Below, piece by piece: positions 50,962 to 59,625 of a stretch of DNA of 64,000 nucleotides; within the stretch, counting starts at the first letter, position 1; each line of letters starts with the position of its first letter. Location: positions 28,086-92,085 of the forward strand of contig JAGXIF010000044.1 in assembly GCA_024635755.1 (NCBI GenBank). Direction: 5' to 3'. A model generated the notes under the pieces. The model was not told the DNA's origin and made no database searches. It worked only from the letters and a program-made list of their open reading frames with translations. The DNA comes from Halothiobacillus sp. Its GTDB lineage: Bacteria; Pseudomonadota; Gammaproteobacteria; Halothiobacillales; Halothiobacillaceae. A program made the position numbers and the translations under genes.

Positions 50962-53256
50962 TCAGTAGCGACCGGCACGGATCAATCCACCCAGCCCCCG
51001 ATCTTCCAGCGCCTGGGTGAGCAATGCCCGGATCTCTCTGGGCCGTTCGCACTGCATCGCCCGCTCCAGCAGTTCACGCGCCTCGGTATACGAAAAGCAG
51101 CGAATCACCCACTTGATGCGCGGCAGCGAACCGGCGCTCATCGACAATGAATTGATCCCCATGCCCAGCAGCAACACGGCGCCCATAGGATCGCCGGCAA
51201 GTTCGCCGCAGACGGCCACCTGGCAGTCGTGTCGCGCCCCCGCGGCGCAGACGTCACGGATGGCGGTGAGCACCGCCGGATGGAGCGCGTCGTAGCGCGA
51301 GGCCACCCGCTCGTTGTTGCGGTCGATGGCGAGGAGGTACTGGGTCAGGTCGTTCGTGCCGATGGAGAGAAAGTCGCAGCGGCTGGCCAATGCATCCGCC
51401 TGGTACACAGCCGAGGGCACCTCGATCATCGCCCCCACCTTGGGCGCCTGCAGGTCGCCGATCTCGTCGGAGACCTCGTCGACGGCCTGGGCGATGTAGG
51501 CCAGAGACTGGTCGAGCTCGTCCACCGCCGAGATCATCGGCAGCAGGATATGCAGATTGTTCAGGCCCGCGGCGGCCTTGAGCATCGCCCGCAACTGGGT
51601 GAGGAAGATTTCCGGGTGATCCAGCACCAGCCGGATGCCGCGCCAGCCGAGGAACGGGTTGTCCTCGCGAATGGGGAAATAGGACAGCGGCTTGTCGCCG
51701 CCCACGTCGAGGGTACGCAGCACCACAGGCTTGCCGGCGAACGTCTCCAGCGCCTCGCGGTAGATGTGCGCCTGCTCGTCCTCGCCCGGGAACTGCTTGC
51801 GGATCTGGAACGGCACTTCGGTGCGATACAGGCCGATTCCCTCGGCGCCCACGGTCAGCGACGGCGCCATGTCGGAGAGCAACCCGATATTGACGTGCAT
51901 CGCCACCCGCACGCCGTCGGAGGTCAGCGCCGGTTCGTCGCGCAGGGCGGCCAGCTCCTCGGTGAGCTCGGCCTCCTCGCGCGCCAGGCGCATGAATTCT
52001 TCGCGCAACGAGCCGCGCGGGCGCACCACCACCAGGCCGCGGTAGCCGTCGACGACCACCTCCTTGTTGCGCAACCGGGTCATGGGCAGGTCCGACACGC
52101 CCATTGCCGCCGGCACCCCCAGCGCCCGGGCCAGGATGGCCAGGTGCGAGGAGCCGGAACCGGTGCTGGAGACGATGCCCACGAGTCGTTCCGTGGGCAC
52201 CTCGGCCAAGTGGGAGGCGGACAGGTCGGCGCCCACCAGCACGATCTGCTCCGGCCACTCGCAGGGCCCGGCGCTCTCGGCATGCAGCTTTTGCAGGATG
52301 CGATTGCCCAGATCTCGGATGTCCTGCGCTCGCTCGCGCAGGTAAGCATCGCTCATCTGCTCGAAGACGGCGGCATGCTCGGCGATGGCATCGCGCAGAG
52401 CCGCCGGAGCGCAATTGCCCGCCCGGATGTGCTGCTCGATGCCCTCGACCAGCGAACCGCCGGACAGCATGCGAATGAAGGCATCGAACAGGAGGTTTTC
52501 CTCCTCGCTGCCCGAGGCGCGGGCAAAGTCGATCTTGAGCTGCTCGAATTCCTGGCGAACCGCCTCGATGGCACTGTCGAGCACGGCCAGCTCATGATCG
52601 ATGTCGTCGACCTCGCGGCTTTCCACCAGCTCCAGCGAGTAGCCGTCGGCGACTACGACCGCGGTACCGAAGACCACGCCCGGCGAGCCGGGCAGGCCGC
52701 GCGCCGAAAAGGCCGAATCGAACTCGCCCGGCTCGTTGCCGGTGCGCATCAGCTCGCCACTGGCCCGCGCATGGCGCAGGGCCGAGGCCAACTGCGTGGC
52801 CAGCGTGACGACAAAGGATTCCTGATCTTCTGAAAAGCGCCGGCGCTCACGCGCCTGGACCACCAGCACACCCAGAACCTCACCGCGGTGGATGATCGGC
52901 ACGCCCATGAAGCCGTGATACGGCTCCTCGCCGATATCGGTGACGAACTTGAAAGCGGAATGCCGGGAGGCATCCTCGAGGTTGATCAGTTCGGCACGAC
53001 GGGCCACCTGCCCGACCAGTCCCTCTTCGAGCGCCAGCGAGACGTGGCCGATCATCGCCTTGTTCAGCCCCTCGGTGGCCTGCAACACCAGCACATGGTC
53101 GCCCGCCTCGGGGGCCGACTCGTCAGAAAGGACATAGACGGAGCAGACCGACGCATCCAGCGCGGATTGCACCCGGCGGGCAATCAGGTCGAGGGCCGCA
53201 CGCAAGTCGGCGGACTTGGAAACCTCGGTGACGATCTGTCGGAGTTCATCTAGCAT
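50962..53256 (-). CDS. ptsP: Enzyme I-Ntr (GAF + PEP-protein phosphotransferase)
   Basis: Start re-called at 53256. N-terminal GAF domain, SHLAILARA phospho-His, GIGLYRTE, NPFLGWRGIR and SIGTNDLTQY motifs; follows rppH. Confidence 0.96.
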   Translation of the reverse strand: MLDELRQIVTEVSKSADLRAALDLIARRVQSALDASVCSVYVLSDESAPEAGDHVLVLQATEGLNKAMIGHVSLALEEGLVGQVARRAELINLEDASRHSAFKFVTDIGEEPYHGFMGVPIIHRGEVLGVLVVQARERRRFSEDQESFVVTLATQLASALRHARASGELMRTGNEPGEFDSAFSARGLPGSPGVVFGTAVVVADGYSLELVESREVDDIDHELAVLDSAIEAVRQEFEQLKIDFARASGSEEENLLFDAFIRMLSGGSLVEGIEQHIRAGNCAPAALRDAIAEHAAVFEQMSDAYLRERAQDIRDLGNRILQKLHAESAGPCEWPEQIVLVGADLSASHLAEVPTERLVGIVSSTGSGSSHLAILARALGVPAAMGVSDLPMTRLRNKEVVVDGYRGLVVVRPRGSLREEFMRLAREEAELTEELAALRDEPALTSDGVRVAMHVNIGLLSDMAPSLTVGAEGIGLYRTEVPFQIRKQFPGEDEQAHIYREALETFAGKPVVLRTLDVGGDKPLSYFPIREDNPFLGWRGIRLVLDHPEIFLTQLRAMLKAAAGLNNLHILLPMISAVDELDQSLAYIAQAVDEVSDEIGDLQAPKVGAMIEVPSAVYQADALASRCDFLSIGTNDLTQYLLAIDRNNERVASRYDALHPAVLTAIRDVCAAGARHDCQVAVCGELAGDPMGAVLLLGMGINSLSMSAGSLPRIKWVIRCFSYTEARELLERAMQCERPREIRALLTQALEDRGLGGLIRAGRY

Positions 53257-53833
53257 CGGCGTTTCCTGCCCCGACATTGGCGTGCGACTCGCCTTGGTTA
53301 GCGCGTTCCAGCCGTTGTTCGATCTGTTCGGGCAGGCAATCGGCGGGGCACTCGGGCGACACGTCACCGACAAAGGGCGCCAGTGAGTGCAGCGCCTGAA
53401 AGTAGACCGTGCGCTTGAAATAGATCACTTCGGGAAGAATCGACCAGAACGGGCGCCACTCCCAGCCGTCGAATTCGGGTTTGTGCGAGGCGTTGAGATC
53501 GAAGGCGGACTCGTCCGTGCGCAGTCGCAGCAGGAACCATTTCTGCTTCTGGCCGATGCACACGGGCTGGAGGTGGCGACGCACCATGTTGCGCGGCAAC
53601 CGGTAGCGCAGCCAGCCCCGCGTCCAGGCAACCACGGACACGTGTTCCGGCCGGAGCCCGACCTCCTCGTGCAATTCACGATACATCGCCTCGAGGGGCC
53701 GCTCGTCGGCATTGATCCCGCCCTGCGGGAACTGCCACGAGCGATGCCCTACCCGCTTGCCCCAGAACACGTCGCCCCGCTGGTTGCAGACGATGATTCC
53801 GACGTTGGGACGAAAGCCGCTACGGTCAATCAC
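53246..53833 (-). CDS. rppH: RNA pyrophosphohydrolase
   Basis: GFRPNVGI, WQFPQGG, Nudix box AMYRELHEEVGL and GQKQKWF motifs. Confidence 0.96.
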   Translation of the reverse strand: MIDRSGFRPNVGIIVCNQRGDVFWGKRVGHRSWQFPQGGINADERPLEAMYRELHEEVGLRPEHVSVVAWTRGWLRYRLPRNMVRRHLQPVCIGQKQKWFLLRLRTDESAFDLNASHKPEFDGWEWRPFWSILPEVIYFKRTVYFQALHSLAPFVGDVSPECPADCLPEQIEQRLERANQGESHANVGAGNADAR

Positions 53834-54074
53834 GATTTCACTCTTGCAAAAGTCATACGCCTAGTCGCGGGGCACCTCGGCCCCGCAGGGGCAGAACGAC
53901 CAATTCACGGATCGATCGCAACTACCCAAGTGGTAATGATTCTTTCACAAAACGTCGAGCGGATAAAACCGCTTGGCCTATGGGTTATGATGCGCGCCCG
54001 TTCGGACACACCGAACCGACCAACAGCGATCAAGACGGCAGGCGAACATCGCCCTGCCAAGCAGGAGGCATTTC

Positions 54075-54749
54075 GTGAAACTGGCCATCTTCGACCTCGA
54101 CAACACGTTGCTCGCCGGCGACTCCGACCACGCCTGGGGCGCCTTCATGACCGAACGCGGCATTGTCGACGCCGAGGACTACGCGCGTCACAACGACGAG
54201 TTCCTCAAGCACTACCAGCAAGGCACGCTGGATATCGACGCCTATCTGCGTTTCGCACTGGCTCCCCTGGCCGAGCACCCGGCCGAAGAACTGGAGGCCT
54301 GGCGGGACGAGTTCGTCGAGCGACGCATCCGACCAATGATCTCCTCGCAGGCGCGTGAGCTGGTCGAATCACACCGACGTCAAGGGCACACCCTGATGCT
54401 GATCACGGCAACCAATACGTTCGTCACCGGCCCGATTGCCAGACTGTTCGACATCCCCCACCTGCTGGCGACCGAGCCCGAGCGACGCAATGGCCGCTAT
54501 ACCGGCCGTTACACCGGCACGCCCACCTTCCAGCACGGCAAGATCCTGGCACTGGAGGAATGGCTGGAGGCGCAGAAGGCGCGCCCGGAAGAAACCTGGT
54601 TCTATTCGGATTCGCGCAATGACCTGCCGCTGCTCGAACAGGTGGACCACCCGATCGCGGTCGACCCCGATCCGGTCCTGCTGAGTGAGGCACGGGCCCG
54701 CGGTTGGGACGTGATGGAACTCAATGCGGTCGAGGAATCGGCCAGCTGA
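54075..54749 (+). CDS. HAD-IB family phosphatase
   Basis: FDLDNTL motif I, ITAT motif II, YSDSRNDLPLL motif IV; AGGAGG RBS. Confidence 0.9.
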   Translation: MKLAIFDLDNTLLAGDSDHAWGAFMTERGIVDAEDYARHNDEFLKHYQQGTLDIDAYLRFALAPLAEHPAEELEAWRDEFVERRIRPMISSQARELVESHRRQGHTLMLITATNTFVTGPIARLFDIPHLLATEPERRNGRYTGRYTGTPTFQHGKILALEEWLEAQKARPEETWFYSDSRNDLPLLEQVDHPIAVDPDPVLLSEARARGWDVMELNAVEESAS

Positions 54750-54863
54750 GGAATTGCTGACCAATCGCGTCGCCGCCCGCCCGTCTCCGGAGGGAGAGGG
54801 TGGCGCGCGGACGTTTCCTGCCGAGGCCTCCCCAAACGGGAGCCCCACGTTGCAGGGCGGGCA

Positions 54864-55445
54864 TCAGGCGCTGGGCAGGGTGACCCCTTGCTGCCCCTGG
54901 TACTTGCCGCCCCGATCCCGATAGGAGGTCTCGCAGACCTCGTCGGACTCCAGGAACAGCATCTGCGCCACCCCTTCGTTGGCGTAGATCTTCGCCGGGA
55001 TCGGGGTGGTGTTGGAGAATTCCAGTGTGACGTGCCCTTCCCACTCCGGCTCGAGCGGGGTGACGTTGACGATGATCCCGCACCGGGCGTAGGTGGACTT
55101 GCCCAGGCAGATGGTGAGCACATTGCGCGGGATGCGGAAGTATTCGACCGTGTGCGCCAGCGCGAACGAGTTGGGCGGGATGATGCAGACGTCGGAATGC
55201 ACGTCGACAAAGCTGCGCTGATCGAACGCCTTGGGATCCACGATCGTGGTGTTGATATTGGTGAACACCTTGAAGTGGGTCGAACAGCGGACATCGTAGC
55301 CGTAACTGGAGGTCCCGTAGGACACCATGGGCTCGGGCTCGCCTTGGGCATTCGGTGCGCTTCGCACCTGGCCTGGCTCGAAGGGCGAGATCATGTCGTG
55401 CTCTTGGGCCATCCGGCGAATCCAGCGGTCGGATTTGATACTCAT
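54864..55445 (-). CDS. dcd: dCTP deaminase
   Basis: [28 protein letters not shown] and GKYQGQ motifs. Confidence 0.97.
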   Translation of the reverse strand: MSIKSDRWIRRMAQEHDMISPFEPGQVRSAPNAQGEPEPMVSYGTSSYGYDVRCSTHFKVFTNINTTIVDPKAFDQRSFVDVHSDVCIIPPNSFALAHTVEYFRIPRNVLTICLGKSTYARCGIIVNVTPLEPEWEGHVTLEFSNTTPIPAKIYANEGVAQMLFLESDEVCETSYRDRGGKYQGQQGVTLPSA

Positions 55446-55663
55446 ATATATTCTCGTTGCAGAGGCGTTCCCGCGGGCGCGGACCGCGTATGCTTCCGTT
55501 AAATCAGCGGGTTGTCAACCGCAGCGCGGCGCTGCGCCACGACAAACCGGCACGCTCGCCCGGCCGACACCACGACAAGGGAAACTTTGCCGTAATATGC
55601 CAGTCATCCCTTACGGCCACCGGCATTCATCCGCCACCCCCGAAACGCAAGGATCTTCGAGAC

Positions 55664-56311
55664 ATGAAAGGTTTTCCCCACATCGATTCGACAAGGCCGC
55701 TTTCTCGACTAACCCGGCTGATTCTGCCGCTGGCGGCGGCACTGTTCCTGGGCGCCTGCGCGAGCAATCCCGCCAACGGCACGAATGGCAACGAACCGCA
55801 GGGAGCCGCCACCCAGGACAGCGAGATCGAGGGCTACGACCGCTACGAGACCACCCGCGAGGCGGTGGATTTCCTGGGAGGCTCGGCAGAGGCCATCGCC
55901 AAGATGGTCGACCGCGCCTTTGCCGACTACGGCCGCCCCAACGCCATCATCAAGGGCGAGGAAGGCAGCGGCGCCTTCATCGTCGGCTTGCGCTACGGTA
56001 AGGGCGAATTCGTCGCCAAGGCCGGCGTGGAGCAAACGGTCTATTGGCAAGGCCCGTCGGTGGGATGGGACTTCGGCGGCGATGCCGGCCGGGTATTCAT
56101 GCTGGTCTACAACCTGCCGCGACCGGACCTGATCTTTCAGCGTTTCGCCGGGGTCAACGGTTCGGCATTCCTGGTCGGCGGCGGGGGCATGCAGTACCTG
56201 CGCTCCCAGTCGATCGTGGTCGCCCCGATCCGCGTTGGCGTGGGCCTGCGGCTGGGCGCCGGCGTGGGGTACATGCAGTTCACCCAGGAAAAATCTTACA
56301 ACCCGTTCTGA
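55664..56311 (+). CDS. DUF1134 (EipA-like) lipoprotein
   Basis: Start re-called at ATG 55664. Lipobox LGAC; GEEGSGAFIVGLRYGKG, YWQGPSVGWDFG and PIRVGVGLRLG motifs; ends YNPF. Confidence 0.8.
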   Translation: MKGFPHIDSTRPLSRLTRLILPLAAALFLGACASNPANGTNGNEPQGAATQDSEIEGYDRYETTREAVDFLGGSAEAIAKMVDRAFADYGRPNAIIKGEEGSGAFIVGLRYGKGEFVAKAGVEQTVYWQGPSVGWDFGGDAGRVFMLVYNLPRPDLIFQRFAGVNGSAFLVGGGGMQYLRSQSIVVAPIRVGVGLRLGAGVGYMQFTQEKSYNPF

Positions 56312-56337
56312 CCCGCACGCCCCATCGCCTCCTTCGA

Positions 56338-56368
56338 CGCCGGCCTCCCCACGAGGCCGGCGTTTTTC
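56338..56368 (+). terminator. Intrinsic terminator after the DUF1134 gene
   Basis: ACGCCGGCCTC-CCCAC-GAGGCCGGCGT-TTTT. Confidence 0.85.
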
Positions 56369-56475
56369 GTGCTGGGTAGCGATCCATCTTGGACCGATCC
56401 CCGGGCCTTACTATAAGAATGAGTGTTTTCCCACATATCCCTTGATTATCCCTAGGCCGATTCAAGGAGACGCCC

Positions 56476-57072
56476 ATGATCCAGCAAACACGACTCATCC
56501 CCTCGCTGCTAGCCGCCACCGCACTGGGTTTGGCCGCGATGCCGGCCCACGCCGCCCCCTCGAGCAACGAGACCGTCAAGGCGCAACTGCAGGACTACAA
56601 GGCCACGACGCAAGCCTTCGGCAAGACGCTCAAGGGCGAGTTGCAAGCCGCCATGAAAGTGGGTGGCCCGATGGCCGCCATCCAGGTCTGCAACGAACGC
56701 GCCCCGGAAATCGCCGCCGACATGATCGCGGAAAGCGGCTATACCCTGCGCCGCACCAGCCTCAAGCCGCGCGCGACCGAACCCACCGACTGGGAGCGCG
56801 CCGTGCTCAAAGACTTCGAGGCACGTAAAGCCGGTGGCACGCCGGTCGCCGAGATTGCATGGCACGACGTGACGGAAGTCGACGGGGAGAAGCAACTGCG
56901 CTTCATGAAGGCGATCGGCACCGAGGGCGTCTGTCTGAATTGCCACGGCCCGAACGTCGATCCGAAGCTCAAGGCCGAAATTGATCGGCTGTATCCCAAC
57001 GACCAGGCGATCGGCTTCAAGGAAGGCGATATCCGCGGTGCCTTCTCCGTCACCGCGGCGCTCGAAGACTGA
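56476..57072 (+). CDS. DUF3365 / Tll0287-like periplasmic c-type heme protein
   Basis: Signal peptide, RRTSLKPR, PTDWE, RFMKAI, CLNCHG and LYPNDQAIGFKEGDIRGAFSV. Confidence 0.85.
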   Translation: MIQQTRLIPSLLAATALGLAAMPAHAAPSSNETVKAQLQDYKATTQAFGKTLKGELQAAMKVGGPMAAIQVCNERAPEIAADMIAESGYTLRRTSLKPRATEPTDWERAVLKDFEARKAGGTPVAEIAWHDVTEVDGEKQLRFMKAIGTEGVCLNCHGPNVDPKLKAEIDRLYPNDQAIGFKEGDIRGAFSVTAALED

Positions 57073-57158
57073 TTCCCGTTTTCTGCGACGGATGAAAACA
57101 AACAGCCTCGACGTTTCGATCGTCCGGGCTTTTCCACGCCCGGCAGCGGCATGACGGG

Positions 57159-59537
57159 TCAGTCTTCCGGCACATCGACGTCGTCGCTGGCGGGCACCTT
57201 GCCGCCGGGTCCATCGGGCTTCTTGCCGCGACGGGAGCGACGGTCGGATTCCGTCTCATTGTCCTCGACCACGTCTTCGCCTTTGAGCATGTGCACATTG
57301 GCCGGCGGCGCCGTGCCGTCCTTGTCCACGCCGAAGTACAGCGTGGTGTGCGGGAACGGGATCTCGATGCCCGCCTTGTCGAAGTACATCTTCACCAGGC
57401 GGTTGTACGCCCGGCCGACCGCCCATTGATCGCCCGGCTTGGTCTTGATCATCGCGCGGATGTTCACCGAACTGTCGCCCAGCGACGTCACCCCGGGAAT
57501 CTCGACCGGCTCGAGGATACGATCCTTCCAGTCCGGATCGGCCGCGAGTTCGTCGAATGCCGCCTTGAGCTGGGCAATCGCATCGTCGATATTTTCGCGA
57601 TAGGCAATGCCGTATTCCCCTTTGTGGAAGCCGAATTCGCGCATGTAGTTGGAGACGATATCCACCGACGAGAACGGGATCACGTGAACCGTCCCCGACA
57701 GGTCACGGAGGGTGACCGAGCGGATCGAGAGCTGTTCGGCAGTGCCAGTCACGCCGGCCACCGTGATGATGTCGCCGGTATTGATCGCGTTCTCGATCTG
57801 GATGAACACGCCGGTAATGACGTCCTGGACCATCTTCTGCGCACCGAAACCGATGGCCAGGCCCAGCACACCGGCGCCGGCCAGCAGCGGCCCGATATTC
57901 ACGCCAACCTCCGAGAGGATGATCATGGCAGTGATTACCAGCAAGACGATGGCAATGGCGCTGCGAAATAACGCCAACAGCGTCTGCATGCGGGCTGAAG
58001 GCATGTCCTTTTCGCTGTTGAGCTTGCCCTCGATCAACCCGGTGACCACGAGCCAGGTCACCAACGCGATCAGCAAGATCAACACGATGTCGGTCACTGC
58101 CACCAGCAGCCAGCGACCGTCATCCGAGCCAAGCCAGGCAAACATGTTGGCCAGATGCCATGCCCAGAGCACCCCAAACAGCGCAACCAGACCGATGAGG
58201 AATCGGGCCGCCTGAAGGATGGCCGGCACGTAGGTGTTCATGCGCAACTCGAGGGTAGGCAGGCGCCGTGCCACCGCATCGGGAACGGGCACGCCGCGGC
58301 CGATCCACTGGCTGAGCATCGCGGCCGCGAAGGTGGCCACACCCACGATGACCACGGTGTTGAAGGTGGCCAGCGCAACGAACGGCAAGGCTTCGCCGGG
58401 CCGGGTGATTGCGACCATGAACACGCCCAGGGCGTAGAGCATGGCAAGCCAGTGCCAACTGCCGGCCAGCACTTTAAGCGCCGAGGAGGTGAGTGCACGC
58501 TGGGTATACTCCGCCCGGCCGGCCAGGGCATTGCCGACCATGGAGCGCGCCTGCCATAGGCGGGACCAAGTATAGGCGAGCGCCAGCGACGCCACGAGCC
58601 AGCCGACCGCAGAAGCCAGGTCCTCTTGTCCGGCCCCGTGGATGGCGGGCACCAACATGATGCCGGCATAGCCGGTGAACCGGATCACACGAGTCAGCCA
58701 AGCGGCCCAAAAGTGCGAACTCTCCTCCGATATCGGGAAAATCCGCAACCCCGGCAGCGCCGGGGCGAAGGCGACGGCGACGACCAGGCGAGCCACCTCG
58801 ACCATCACGAAGGCCTGCAGGGCGAGACCCAGCACAGCCCGGGCGAGGGGATCCCCTCCCGCCAGCCACCACACGCCGGTCTGCGTCACCAGGTAGGCCA
58901 CTGTCACCAACCCCAGGCCGAGCGCCAGGCTCGCCAGCACCGCCACACCAGTGCGAATCAGACGATAGCGCGCCCTTGAAGACTGGGCATACGATTCCAG
59001 ACGCCCCAACACACGACGCAACAGCAGACGCCCCAGCGCCAGCACCACATAGGCCAACGCCAGCACGGCAAGAACCCGCCAGACCATCTGCCCCACAGCA
59101 ATCCAATCGACTCGAATCCCGCCTGATGCCAGGCGGGATGCCGAGTTCGCCATGTCGGCGAACGTGTCCGCGACCGTGGAGAAAACACCCCCCGCGAAAC
59201 CGTCGGGAATACCGGTGGCATCCGCGCTTTCCGCCGACCGATCGCCACCCGCGTTGGCGGTTTCGGCGGCCGACAACGCCTCGAGCTCGCGAATCAGTTC
59301 GTCGAGTTTGGCGGGGTCCTTGAGCAGCTCGAGCAGCCCGGCGTAACGGCCTTCGCCTTCCTGCTGCGCCTGCCCACCCGTCTCGCCAGCGGGCGACTGC
59401 GCCAATCCCGGTGACGGTGCAGCGACCGCCATCACGCCGACCAGCAATAGCGCGGCCAGGGGATATCTCAACCAGCAACAAAGCGAATCAATCATCTGGA
59501 CGAGCGGGCGCGGCATGCGGGGATACTCCGAAACCAT
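57159..59537 (-). CDS. Large MscS-family mechanosensitive channel (YbiO-like)
   Basis: Many TM segments, LLAGAGVLGLAIGFGAQ, GTVHVIPFS and GIEIPFP motifs. Start uncertain (59537, 59516 or 59495). Confidence 0.92.
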   Translation of the reverse strand: MVSEYPRMPRPLVQMIDSLCCWLRYPLAALLLVGVMAVAAPSPGLAQSPAGETGGQAQQEGEGRYAGLLELLKDPAKLDELIRELEALSAAETANAGGDRSAESADATGIPDGFAGGVFSTVADTFADMANSASRLASGGIRVDWIAVGQMVWRVLAVLALAYVVLALGRLLLRRVLGRLESYAQSSRARYRLIRTGVAVLASLALGLGLVTVAYLVTQTGVWWLAGGDPLARAVLGLALQAFVMVEVARLVVAVAFAPALPGLRIFPISEESSHFWAAWLTRVIRFTGYAGIMLVPAIHGAGQEDLASAVGWLVASLALAYTWSRLWQARSMVGNALAGRAEYTQRALTSSALKVLAGSWHWLAMLYALGVFMVAITRPGEALPFVALATFNTVVIVGVATFAAAMLSQWIGRGVPVPDAVARRLPTLELRMNTYVPAILQAARFLIGLVALFGVLWAWHLANMFAWLGSDDGRWLLVAVTDIVLILLIALVTWLVVTGLIEGKLNSEKDMPSARMQTLLALFRSAIAIVLLVITAMIILSEVGVNIGPLLAGAGVLGLAIGFGAQKMVQDVITGVFIQIENAINTGDIITVAGVTGTAEQLSIRSVTLRDLSGTVHVIPFSSVDIVSNYMREFGFHKGEYGIAYRENIDDAIAQLKAAFDELAADPDWKDRILEPVEIPGVTSLGDSSVNIRAMIKTKPGDQWAVGRAYNRLVKMYFDKAGIEIPFPHTTLYFGVDKDGTAPPANVHMLKGEDVVEDNETESDRRSRRGKKPDGPGGKVPASDDVDVPED

Positions 59538-59625
59538 AAGGAAAAGACAATTGGGGCCAAGCGTAGCAAACGGACGCCCACGGCGGACGCTGCCCGCCCG
59601 GCAGCAACTCGGCTGCGATCATCAA

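Noticed and set aside
54775-54815. CCCGTCTCC...GGGAGAGGG REP-like hairpin between convergent genes
   Set aside because: Degenerate and seen once; cannot support a repeat family.
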